Source of the DNA: Felis catus | Taxonomy: Eukaryota | Assembly: GCF_018350175.1 (NCBI RefSeq) | Contig: NC_058385.1 | Coordinates: 83,018,001 to 83,082,000, forward strand | Direction: 5' to 3' | Length of the DNA: 64,000 nt | In this document: positions 42,231 to 55,100 of the stretch, piece by piece | Layout of the letters: the number at the start of each line of letters is the position of its first letter | How positions within the stretch are numbered: the first letter of the stretch is position 1 | Notes under the pieces: generated by a model | What the model saw: the letters and a program-made list of their open reading frames with translations, nothing else | What the model was told of the DNA's origin: nothing | The model's database searches: none | Made by a program: the position numbers and the translations under genes

Positions 42231-45200
42231 AACCACTCACACGCTCAAAGCCTATCTGCGTGAGCGACTTTACTTGGGAGACACACTGCCTTCATATAAA
42301 AGGAAATGAAGGGATCTATGATCTAATACCCTTGAGTACTTGGATATGTGCATGTAATCAAACACGCCCCTTTTCACAGAGCCCGCGGAACAGCCGCGAA
42401 TGCAGCCCCAGAGCCGTCGCGTTCAAGGACACAACCCCCCGTGTTTTGGGGGAAAAGGGGGGATGGATGTGTCTTCCAAAGTGAACAAAGTACTTCTTCC
42501 TCAGTGCGCACACAACGAACTCTTGAGGGCTTGGTGCACCCGGGCCTCAGACCTCTAAATGCCTGTCCTGTATCCACTGCTTTGAGGAACCAACACCTGC
42601 CATGCCTTAGAGGTTTCAGTCCCCACTACACAGCACATCCAGCCCCGGATGCAGGGTGATGAGACTAGTGTCCAAAGACCCCAGGGGAGGCCCGGAAAGA
42701 GTGTGAGGTGGCTGCATTTATTTTCTGTGGAAGTCAAAACAGACCCAATAGGGTAGAACTCTCAGCCAGTGGATGAACCATGAGGCCCACAGTGGAGGAA
42801 GTGAGAGAGGGGATAGATGGGTCTGTGGGTCTAGGGAAGACTGCCCAGGACCGGTGATGAGGCTGCAAGGAGTGGGGGCAAGGGCAAGTCTGAGGAACTG
42901 CAGGAGATGGGAAGTTGGATCCAGGGAACCCTCTTCTCTTGGAAGGGTGAAGGGCTCTGCAGGTCCCTAGTTGGGTCTGGTGGGTGGGGAGCACAACAGG
43001 GAGGCCCTGAAACCAAAAGAGCTGCTTGGAGGGCAGGCTGCTGGAGTGTGAGGAGCACAGTGAGGGGTAAGTGGAGATGTGGTAGGGGTGAGAGAGCGAG
43101 GCCAACTGGGGTAGAGACTGGCTCAGCTCAATAGGCCAAGGGCAGAGACTGTGTTGGGGCTCCCCTTCCAATGTCAGCATTCACAAGACAGCCCAGAGAG
43201 GACCCCACTTCTCTATGCCTCAGCTTTCCCACTGGTCAGACAAGATGTGTATGTGGGGCAGTACTGAGCAGGGTCCAAGGAGTGGGGGCCGGCAGGGGCA
43301 GCAGCTGAGTCCTGCCCAGGATGCTGGCTTCACCCAGGGAAATGCATCCATGAGGCTGGCTTTTCACATAAGGAAACACAGACAAAACATGGTTTGGAAT
43401 TTTTTTGAAACTATATAGTTACATACAGAAAATATCCAAAGAGAACGCAGACCACAATAGTGACATGTAAGTCATTTCCCACAATGATAAAAACACCTCT
43501 CGCTTTCCTCTTTAAAAAATTATTTTTATTATTTTTGCAAATGTCTCACTTGGGTGAACTGAGGGATGTAGTGCACATAGGGGAGTGGTGATGGTGGAGG
43601 GGGCAGCCTGCTGTGTGCCCCCAGGCCTCCTCCACATCTGCCAAGGTTGCACCCCCGCTCTCTCTAGCTCAGGATGCCAAATGCCAAGGGGTCCTGGAGA
43701 CAGACCACTGGTGTTCTCTCCTAACAAGGAGGTTGGGAAATCCCCAGTAAATCGATGACCCCGGTGAGATGCCACAAGTAGGTTTGTGGCATCAGCTTCC
43801 AAGAGTGGCCACAACACACTACAATCTCCCAAGGTACCTGCCTCCACCAGGATGTAAGGCTCAGCTGCTGAGGTGACCGTCAGAGTGGGGGCTGTGTTGG
43901 GGAAGGCGATGCTGGGATGTATTACTACTCCTCTTGGGCACCCCCCAGACATGCCCTTGGGCTGCCAGAAATAGTGGGCTGTATGCCCCCAGCAACCCGG
44001 GAGCCCTGGTGCTGCAGAGCCCAGCCCATCTACCACCCCCATCTAAGAGCTGCTAGCCCTAGGACTGTGGGGACAGGGCACAGAAGGCCCAGCTGGCCTT
44101 GGTTTCTCCCTCCTGTGGCCCCCGGCCTGGTCCCCTCTGGCAGCCACATACCTGACCTGCATAGAGATGTTGCCTCCCACCCTACCCCACCCAGGAGAGC
44201 CTTCGGGCGCTGCTCCTCTGCCAACTCAAATCTCTCACACACAAACCTCAATTACAGGCAGACCAGGCAAGCCTGCCCCTACCCTGACTTCTCCCCAACA
44301 TGGTCACTTAGAAATCCAGAAACCCTACACAGAGGGTGTCCATCCTTGAGAGATGCGGAGATCCAGGGACATGGGACCATCCCCTCTACACACGAGACCT
44401 AGCACACGGCTACCTGAATGTCATCCTCTGTATCTGCCAGGTGTGTGTGTGTGGGGGGGGGGGTGGGTGGGGGGTGGGCAGCACTTGAGGACGGGGGGAC
44501 TCATGCCAGGGTGTGCTCCCAAGGATGTGTTGGGGGCCGGGGCACGGGGTCTTTGTGGAGGGTAGGAAACCAAGTGTAGCACCTCTGGGTGTCCTCAGTG
44601 GCCAGGCACAGATGGCCTTGCAGGAGGGGGTTGCCCCATAAGCCCCACGCCCTAGACTGGAAACAGGAAGCTAAATAGTCTTCTCAGTAGAACTAAGCGA
44701 GCTGCCCTGGGGTGAGAATTGGCTCAGAGGGCTGCCTGAGCTAGGCACTGGGATGAGACTCTCACTCTACCCCATGCATGGCTCCTTACCTCTATTTTTC
44801 AGCCCCCAACTCTCGGGCCAGGAGAGGGAGGGACCACAGGGAAAGGCCAGGCCTGCGGCTCTGCACGCTTACTGTCAGGGCTGCCCCAAGTGCTGAGCCT
44901 ACAGGGCCCTGGAAATGGGGAGCGAGGCTGGTGGAGGAGGGCAGAGACTGCTCTGAAGCATGGGGTAGGCCAGGCCTGGGTCGAAGGAAACGGTTCTTTG
45001 GTATTGAAGCAGCAGAACCCTATCGCAAAAGAGATGTGTCTCCTAAGCAAAGGAGGGGAGCCAAGCTTTCCCCTCTCCAGCGGCTCCGAAGGTCTCAGGG
45101 TCCTCCACACAGGGCTCCTACCCTCCCTGTGAGGCCCCCACACAGGGCCTGCTCACTGCTCACTGAGGCCGTGAAGAGCTCCCTCCAGTGAGAAGCCACG

Positions 45201-45513
45201 TCGCCCAGGGACTGACCTCTGGGAGGTGGCAGCCAGTTCCTGATAGCAGCACGGGGATGGCCAGCCCACTGGAAACCTCCCAGCCAGGCTAGCTCACTGC
45301 CTGCAGCCCCCACAGCTTCCCTCACAGGCTGGGGAGGCTGCGCTCTCAAGGCTGAATACAGAAAATAGATTCTCTCTTGCTAAATTTACATAACTTATAG
45401 AAGAGCCTGTGAAGAGTTTAATTTTGTTTTCCTGGAAAGAGACAGAATTTCACCCTGCATTCCGAAGCATCTGCTGAGCCCTGGCGGCCAAGTCCTATCT
45501 CTCTGGAGCAGCT

Positions 45514-45514
<1 letters not shown>

Positions 45515-45590
<76 letters not shown>
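45515..45590. repeat. Perfect (GT)38 microsatellite in the ZFTRAF1 3' region
   Basis: Read directly. Confidence 0.97.
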
Positions 45591-45593
<3 letters not shown>

Positions 45594-46179
45594 GTTGCGC
45601 GCATGTGTGCGCTGGGGCTGCTGCAAGACCCGGGTCCTGCTTGCTCCCCTGCCCAGGCCTGTGACAGAGGGGGCAGTGTCTCCGAGTCTCTGGCGGGGGG
45701 GCGTGCATGGAGGCGTAATAACAAGGACCTGCGGGCTCTGACCCCCAGGCCAAACCAAAGCTCCCCCGATGTCCAATTACAGCCACACCTTTCCCTCGAA
45801 CAAAACAGAAAGTAGGAAACAAGGGTGCCTTTTTAATTGCAATCAAATATGCCGTCTGAAGTCAGCGTGCTCCCTGAGCCCGGCCCAGGGGCCGGGCGCA
45901 GCCCAGAGCAGACGGTGCGCCTCACTGCGCCATGGGGGCCAGGGCATGGCCACGGGCTTAGCCCCATTGTGTCCCTGAGCCACCGTCTCCTCTGCAGGTG
46001 GCCCGGCCTCCGGTGCCTGGGACAGGGGAGGCGGGGCGGAGGGCGAGGTGAGAGCACTCACACCTTCGCACACGCATGCAGACCTTCCCAATGTTTGCAT
46101 CTGTTCCTTCTCCTCTGCTAAAACGGTCAGACGGCACTGCGAGGCCGCTGCGGGGCAGGCGCGGGCAGCGCGGCGCCGC

Positions 46180-49100
46180 CTACTTCTGTATCTGGAACAG
46201 GAAGAGCCGCAGGTTGATGTTCTTGGCGGCTAGCAGCTTGTTGCACTCCACAGAGTCGACGATGGGCAGTGGCACGTAGTCCGTCTCGTTGCTCTCGTTG
46301 GTGAAGACAAAGTGGTAGATGACGGGGCTGATCTTTACATCATCGTACGGGCCCTTGAGCAGCAGGAAGGAGCACTCCAGGGGCGCCGTGACCTTGCTCT
46401 TGAGGAGGAGCTGGAAGGAGAGTGTGCGCTTGCATGACAGGTTGGGGTTCCGCTCCGAGTCGTTCACGCGTGCCTTCAGGACCCACGTCTGGTTCAGCAC
46501 CGTGAACCTTGGCGTCTCGTAGTACAGGCGCGTGATGAAGTCATCTGTGCGGTATGGCCGAAACTGGACCTCTGTGGAGACAGACAGGCCGGGAAGAGCC
46601 GGCAGTCAGTGTGGGTGGGGCCGGGTGGCGGTGCCTTCCGAAGGCCGAGGATGCAGGCTCAGCCAGGGAGGAAGGCGACTTACCAGGAGGACACAGCGTG
46701 CTCTACTTGTCACAAGGCAAATCAAACGCAATTATGGCAAATGGAGGCGCACACAAGCTTTGGGGGAAACAACTACAAACAGAAGTAACACGCATTAGCT
46801 GCAGGGAGTCCAGAGGCTGAAAGAAGTGAGCGGCCCGACCCCCGCTGGCCTCCCTCTTCGCCTCCCCCAGGGCCCAGCCCAGGCAGAGGGAGGCCCACCC
46901 AGGGGCGTGGGTAAGCAGACACACAGACAGGATGCGTTCTGAGAACAAGTGCACTTTATTGGTTCTGATACAGAGCTGCCAGAAAAGCCGGCGGGCGGGC
47001 GGTCGGGCAGGCAGGCAGGTGGCACGTGAGCCCGCACGGGGCGCAAGGCAGAGCGCTGGCGTGTGGCCCAGTGCTGGGCTCCTGTGCTGTCACACAGTTC
47101 TCTCAGCACAGCCCGGGGCCCACGGCCCGCGAGTCCCTCCATGGAGGTGGCCAGTCCTTCCTGTGTGGACGAGGATCCCTGCCCAGCCACCGCCACAATC
47201 ATGATGCCTTGGCCTGCCCAGACCCGCAAGGCCCGGCCCGGACTGTTTGTGCCATGGCGCCCACCAGGGCAGCTGAGGCTGCAACTAACCAGGGGCCATG
47301 ACCTGCTGCTGCTGAGGCTGCTGGCCCTCGGCCTCCCGGGCCTGTGCAGGCCTACACCTAGCCAAGGCCTAGTCCAGGCAGCATGGTGTGACTGGTTGCC
47401 TGCGACCGCCCTTGATGCTCTGAGCCGGCTGCCTGGTGTGGGCTGAGTAGTAGAGGGTCGTAGTCTCCCTGAGTGGCCCCAGTGGCAGCAGGTGCTTCTC
47501 GCTGTTCTCTGTGTCTGGACCAGGCTCTGGCCTGGTTCCTGCTCCCCAGCATGTCCAAAGGCAGTGGCCGTGGCCAGGAGAGCCCATGAGATCCAGTGGG
47601 CCCGAGTGCGGTCCAGCCTGCCCGTCTCTGGGCGTCCACTCCCGGCTCTGCATTTTGAGCCGGGCACCCTCAGCTCATTCAGGAGCCCCGCCCCTGAGCA
47701 TCTTCTCGATGGCCTCAGGAAGCCCGCGGCCACTGCAGTAATTGCCTGCAGGCAGGACCGGATGTGCTGAGTGCTCTTCTCGCCTTTGGCTCCACAGGAC
47801 AGGCCTCTAGCTCCCGGGCCCTCCAAGACACACCCACCTTCTGCTTAGACCCTGACTGTCCCAAGGCTGTGCAGCCCCACGCAGTAGGATGCCACGTCAT
47901 TAGGGTGGCAGGGCCGGGGAGGGGAGGACAGGTGAGAGGGCCTCTGAGAGCCATGCAGGTGCCCCCGGGGTCCTGCCCCGGCCCATCCCCTGCTCGGCCT
48001 CTGGCACATCTTCGCCCCCAAGGTGTCCTCCCATTCGCCAAAAGCTTGTCCAGAGCCTGGCCATCCAGCATGGCCTGTGCTCACTGCTCAGAGCCCACTG
48101 CTCCCCAGGCTCCCAGCGGCCGCACCCCCCGTCAGCCTGTGTGGCATGCAGTGGGCCGTGGGGCGCCTCACCTGTGTAACCGATCTTCTCAAAGCTGAGC
48201 AGGCTGAAGATGCTGTTGTAGAGCTGCATCTCCTTGCGGTGGCTCTGGTCCATCTCGTCTAGGATCTCCATCAGCTCGTTGCCCGTCTTGGTTGGGTGGG
48301 CGCACGCAGCCTCATGCACCGTCAGCTCGTGGAAGGGCCCATGCCACGGGCAGCCGATGCGCTTATATTTGCACTGGGTCACCCTAGGGAGGAGGCGAGC
48401 ACCGTGGTCACGGCCTGCGCCCTGCGGGAGGTGGCTCTGCCCAGTGGTCCTCCAAAGGTGGGCCTCTGCCTAGCCCTGCTCATATACAGGCTACCCCCCG
48501 AAGGCCATTTTCCCCATGTGCCAGCTCTCAGGAAGGGGTCAGAGTGTGTGTGAGAGAAAAGTAGCACATGAGAGCTGTGGCTACACAGGCCACCTACACC
48601 CTTTGCTGTGAGGACTCTCTCTCCTGCTTAATAACAGTGGCCACTGACCGTGGTCTCGCACCCTATGCAGCTTCACGCCAAGCGAGGCTTGGTGGCCTGG
48701 CCCCACTGGCAGATGGCAGTGTCAACCAGCAGGGGCTGGGTGGGGGTGCCCGTGCAGATTCACACCAAGTTCCTAGAACTTGTCATGCTCTCCTGGGCCC
48801 CAGGATGCCAAGGACAGATAGCCTCTAAGAGGCCACCATGCAGCCAGAGAACCCTGGAGAGCCAGGGTGCTGTCCAAACAGGCACTGGGTCCAGATCCAA
48901 GCCCCCTGCCCTCTGTGGGGCCCCACCCCCACCCCCAGCCCCTCGAGGGCCTGGGTCCTGTGTAGCTCCACCCTAGCCCATTCCTTCTAGGCTGTCACCG
49001 GGCCACGTGTGCAGAACCCAAGGCCAGGGCAACACAGCCAGAGCATCCCACGTGCTGCGGCCTCGCCTGCACCAGGGTGGCCTCCAGACCCGTCCTGGGC

Positions 49101-52100
49101 CCCACACGCGTGGCTAAGCCTCTGGTGGGCAGGCCGGCCCAGGCGGTTACCTGTCCTGGCACTCCTCTTTCTGGTGCCTCTCCAGGAGGGAGCGGGGAAA
49201 CTGGCGCAGGCAGAAGCCACACTCGGAGGGCAGCTCGCTCACGGCTTTCTCCANNNNNNNNNNNNNNNNNNNNNNNNNNNNNNNNNNNNNNNNNNNNNNN
49301 NNNNNNNNNNNNNNNNNNNNNNNNNNNNNNNNNNNNNNNNNNNNNNNNNNNNNNNNNNNNNNNNNNNNNNNNNNNNNNNNNNNNNNNNNNNNNGAAGAAG
49401 GAAAGGGAGATGAGCTCACAGACTTGCAGGACGTGCACACACGCACGCACCAGCATGCCCTGCCAGCTCCAGCTGCAGAAGGGACTGCTGGCGAGGAGAG
49501 GCACAGGCACGCTGTTGTTTAGCAAACAGAGCCACTGCTCAGGTAGGACAGGCCTTTTTCCTGGAACACTGCAAAGACACGGCCGATGGAGCTCCTGTGG
49601 AGAGGTGGGTGACTCAAAAGTGGCCCCTGGTGGCTTACAGAGGTAACAGATCTCCACCGAGGCAGGCCCACTAGTGGTGATTGGTTTGGCCACACTGGGG
49701 CTTGAAGCCTGGCCTCTTCCCATCCCAGGAGCTAGGGACTGCCTCGAGAGTCCCCTAGAGGCCCTGATTTCGGGATGCCTACAGGAACACAGGCTCTTGT
49801 CTGGGCATGGCTGTGGCACTTGGCCAGCAGCTGTCAAGTGGGGCAGTAGACACTGCTCCCCTGTGCTGGCGGCTGGGGGTCTGGCCCCTGCACTCCAGCC
49901 CTCCTTGGCCAGCACTGGTGAGAGTGTAGTTGCCACCCACGCAGTAAGGCTGGCTACCGGCAAGGGACTTCCTAAAAACTGCACAGAGCTGTGGCAGGTG
50001 AGGAGGCCCAGCTGGCCTGGGACAAGGATGTGTGGGCACAGTGCATGCCTGGAGGGGAGAATGGGAGTTACAGACAGGACATATCGCTGAACTAGGTCGG
50101 TAGGAGCCGGGCCCCCTCGTTTTGTGAACCCGCAGATCTGAGGCCCAGACACTGTCTGTCAGCAACCTGTGCCTTGCTGGGAGTCCTTGTGCATGTGGGC
50201 AGTGGGCTGCCTGCTCAAGTCCTGTGTTGGGTCTCTGACTGATTCCACACATACCTCCTGAGTGCTCACTTGGTGCCGTCGAGAGAGATACACAGGCTGT
50301 GGGGTTGGCCCTCCAGGGGCTCCTAGTAAGAAGGGCAGGAGAGGCCCACAGAGAAACCAAGAGACACAAGAGCAAAGACTTGAGCTGAGTGTCCCCTGAG
50401 GGCAGACACACCTTCCCTAGACCTGATCCTGACTAGTAAAAACCTGCAGCGGCAGATGGGGAGGAGCAGAGGTCAGGGAACATTAAGGGGACACATGGGG
50501 GTTCTGCCAAGGGTGGCTGGATTTCCACTCGGAGACTCTCCCACAGCCAGCTGGGGGTAAAGGGGCAGACAGCGCCATCAGAGGTCTCGCCAGCAGCTAG
50601 CCTGGGCTCACCAGCTGTGGCAAACCTCCAGATAGCCACTGGACCACAAGCTTCCCTTGAGGTCCATGACCCTTCCGGGAGGGGGGGTGCAGTGCAGTAA
50701 AGGCCTGGCCACATCCACACACACGGAGTCCTCAGTAAACACCCGCTGCCATCCCACCACTTCAGGGGTCTGTGCACCCAGAGCTGGGGAGCTAGGGTAG
50801 GCTGTGAGCTCTTGGCACCCATATGCCAGGCCTGGGGTCTAGTGAGTGGTGGGACTTATGTGGTGAGGACCGGTGGGGGTAGGCTGGTTGGGGACAAAGG
50901 CCTCACACGTTGAATCCGTGTCCACACAAACGCCCCACAGATTATCTGCACTAAAATCTCAATTTCTAAGTCAGATCAAAAATTAAAATGTGCAAGATGT
51001 GGAGGAGGCGCTGGCTGGGCTCAGGTTTGGAGGAAAAGGGTCTGACGGGGGTGGGCCTGTGCCAGCACTGGACACACAGGCTAGGTGCAGAGTGCTGCTG
51101 GCCCAGCCAAGGGACAAGCCAATACTCACATTCAGCCAGCACCTTGCCAGTTACCCAAGGGATCCGAGTAGTTGGGAAGGGCTGAGGCCTGCTCACAGGA
51201 GGAGCAGGCTGGAAAGGCAGTCTACCCTGTCTACTCCCAGAGGTCAGTGGAGAAGCCAGAGATGCGGTGACTGGAAAGGAGAGGGACACAGATGCCACAG
51301 GCCCCTGCCACCCTGTAGGAAGCACAGAGACCAAGGGCCTGGGGCATACCTTTAATCACAGCCCCCACCGCGGGCCTGAGCCCGACAGAGGCCTGGGTTT
51401 GCCAAACCCGAGCCCCAGAGAGAAGACTGCTGGGGTGTGCAGAAGGCACAGGGAAGCTGAACACGCGATCTAACTACTAACTCACAGGAGGGGGAGACTT
51501 CAGGCCGCCCCCTGGAAGGGAGGCCAAACCACAGAGAACCACATTCAGTGAAGCCACGACCAGTGCCCGGCACCCTCAATGAGGAAGCCTGGCCAGATGC
51601 ACACTATGAGACCCTGCCCCCCCCCCCCCCCCCAGGGCCCGGGGCCCCACACCACTCCATATGCACTCTAGTTCTCGATGCTTCCTGGTGAGAGGTTGCC
51701 CGGGCAGGGCTCAGCTCTGCAGTCACCACTGGCCTGAGCAGAACAGCGACAACACCCACCTGGCATCTCTTCTATTTCAGGGTGGCCCAGCTGGGGGTGT
51801 GTGGACCTGAGGGTGAGAGGCTTGGATGGCGTCCTAAGACCTGAGGAACACCAAGGTTACCACGTGTGTGACTGCTCACCTCCTGGCACTGCCCTGAAAC
51901 CCCGCTATTCTGAGGCAGAGAGAGGTGGCCTGCATACCCCTCCCAATAGGCCCCTCCTTAGAGCTCGGGGGCTGCAGGAACATCCAAGCTCTCACGCCAG
52001 CTCCCACCCCTTTCCTCCTGCAGCCTCTAGACCCAACACGGGTTTAGGTGATAGGATTCCACAAAGAAGCACTGAAACTTGCCCTCCTTGGGGGAGAGGT

Positions 52101-55100
52101 AGGGCCCCTGCCCCGTAGATCCCAACAGCTCAGTTGAGAGCTGGAAGACAGTGAGCCAACAAGATGCTGCAGCCCGGCCAAGAGACAAGCTGATACCCAC
52201 ACACAGCCAGCGCCTCACCAGGTACCCACGGGATGCTCCTGGGTGGAAACAAGGTGGCTGGCCTGGGTCCAGCTGACACCCAGCCCAGGAGATCTGTCCA
52301 CAGCAGGGCAGTCACCAGGCTCCAGAGCCCTCCCTGCTATCCAGGCCCTCACTGTCCTCCCGAGCAAGACCCTGACTCCACATGCAGGCCTGGCCACATG
52401 CTAATGTAGACCCAGCCTCCTCAGTGGCTAGGCTGGACTGCAGCTACCCTGATTTGCCCAGCCAGAAGCTGAGTCCCAAAGGGCTTTGCACAGTATCAGC
52501 TGCCTGCCAAGCCTTTGATGGACAGCCCCAGCCAGAACAGGCCAGAATGTCCCACTCCACATGCCAGAGCCAAGCTCCCAAGAGCCTGGGTACCCCAAGA
52601 AGCAGCTCCTGCAGCGCCCACCCGGGCTGCCGGTAAGATCCTGATGGGAGGAGGGGCAGGAAGAAGGGCCTCCCAACTCAGAACATTACAGAGCCTCCCA
52701 GGACAGATGGTGGCTTAGACTCTAGCCTATAGATCACCAGCAGCATAACCCTGGCTTGTTGCTTCCCTCTCTGGGCCTCACTCTACTTAGGCACAAAGAA
52801 TGACAAAGACCGACTCACTTCATCATGTGGGGTGAGACAACACGTACCACAGCATGGCTTGGCCCCCAACGCATGACAGGCACAGAATAAACACTCACCA
52901 TGGCCATCACAGAGCAGAGCCTGGCCGGCCAGTCACATGGCCCCCACCTGCAGAGCCTCAGAAGGGACTCCTGGCACAGGTGTGCAATTTCAGCAAAAGC
53001 CCCTCCCTCACCCCTGAAGTCCCTAGCCCTATCCAAGCCACAGCAATCCCCTCCAAAGCGCTCCGCAAATGGCCCAGGAATGGGCATTTGTACCTGTCCC
53101 TGCAGGACGTCACCCAGCGGTCCCTCCCTCTCTCTACCTGGGCACAGGCAGCTTACAGGCACCCAGGTCAGCTTCCCCCTGGGCTAAGGAGCTGAATGTA
53201 CCTTCCAGACTCATGAGTGGGGAGCCCTGACCCCAGGCCTTGGGCTATGAGAGGGTCTTAGAAAACACCCAGCCACCCCACCCTGTCTTCTGGAAACCAA
53301 GCCTTGGTCAGTCAGCCTTTCAGGCCCTCTTTCAAGCCTGGCATACATCGTCCCCTCAAATCCTAGGCCCGTGAGAGCAGCTCACCATCAAAAGCATAGC
53401 TGAGGGCACTAACCGCAAAACTGCTCCTTAACCCAGCTGCAGGCCCCCCTTCACCATGCCCATCAGGGCTGCAGGGCACTCCACACCCCCCACGTTTGGC
53501 CTGAGGTCTCCTCAATCTCTTAACTCAGGTGGCCTAAGAGGGACCTCACTGTGTCCAAGGAACAAAGGTGTTTTAGGTAAAGCCAGGACTCTAGCTCTCC
53601 GCCACATTTCTGGTTTTAAGCCCCGGACCTTGGGCTCCTGTCGTCATGCTAATCCCGGAGTCAGGACTGAGGCTCTTGCTCAGAATGTGGATACGCCCTG
53701 GATCAAAAGGCAACTCAAGTGACAAACCACCACCACGAAAAAATGAAACTTCTCATGTGGCCAGAGTCCAGAAACTTTGCCCTTTCTATGCTCTTGTTTC
53801 AGATACCTAGGCAGATACACTTCTGTAGCTGTTTTCTGCTACCTTTCTCACCTCAAGGCGAGAGCCAGGAGCTAGAGAAGAGAATCCCAGGCCAGGTGGG
53901 CAGGCAGCCCCGCAGGGGATTCCTTAAACATCATTTAGAATAGAGCCTGCAGCATCAGGCATGCTGACAGGGACGGGATGCCCCCCAAGGCCTGTGAGCA
54001 CACTGGCTGGAGCCTGGACAGAGGTGGACCCACCCCCGTTTCCTAGGTTTTGTTTTTTTGTTTTTTTTTTTTACCAACGTGACTGCCAATCAAGTATCCA
54101 GTCCCCTTGCGCCAGGGCATGAGGCAGGTCCTGGTGGAGACCGGAGGCCTGGGGGCGAGAGGCACAGCAAGACATCCCCTGTGCTCCCACAGGGCAGAAA
54201 CTGGCAAGTGCCCCGTGAAGCGAGGACAAGCATCCTGTAGCAGGGAGAGACAATGGCTACAGAACAGGGTCACTGCCTCTGTAGGGCCCCAGAAGAGAAG
54301 TAGGAGTGGGGACGGGGCACGCAGGCGGAAGGGGCACAGGAGCAAAAGGCTGGAGGGGTGAGGTGTGTTGCTGGCAGGCCAAGGTCTGAGGCCAGGAGTG
54401 GTGGGCCAGAAAGCCAGTTGGAGCCACACCCAGTGAAAGATCCCCCTGCCTACTCCTTCACCCTGATGGAGGTCACGGGGAACTTTTTCTGGCAGAGAGC
54501 CCAGCGAGGGGTTGGGAGAGCTTGTGGCCCCTCCCTCCAGATGCTGGACCACAGCTGAAGGCCTCGGTGATGTCTGCAGGGTCATACCAGGTGTGTCACA
54601 CAAAGGACACACTGGGCCTTGTGTGTAGGGTTGGGGGACAGCCTGGGAAGGAGATCAGGATAAGGTTGCATCTTCAATGCTCCAGTCACCAGAAAGGCTG
54701 CCTTTGTTTCCCCCAGAGGAGGCGCTCCCATATGCTGAGGGGGCCGGGTCACATCGCCCTGGCACCACAGTTCTGTATCTACAGCAGGTGTCTGTTGCTC
54801 ACTCCTGCATGAGTGTCCCTGTTGCAACTCCAGTCCTCCTGCCCCCACCTGGGTGCTGCCGACTCTGGAGATGTCAGGCCAGTCACCAAGGACACACCCA
54901 ACACCCACACAAAGAACATCAAAGCCAGCATCTGCTGAACCTACTCTGTCCTTGATCTGACCTGACCTACCTTAAAGTAGGCCATGGTGAAAACCATTTG
55001 CATGACTGCCTTGCTCTTATACGAAAGCAGGTTTCCCAGCCCAGGTGTGTGGTTTGATGTGCTAGATGTGTGGGAGAGCCAGCTGTGTGAAGCCAGGGGC

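Noticed and set aside
46795-47826. 343-aa minus-strand ORF in ZFTRAF1 intron 3
   Set aside because: Non-ATG start, no recognisable protein, composition typical of GC-rich non-coding DNA, and it runs through the AATAAA at 46955.
48995-50152. 385-aa minus-strand ORF
   Set aside because: Inflated by the N gap and not in the ZFTRAF1 frame.
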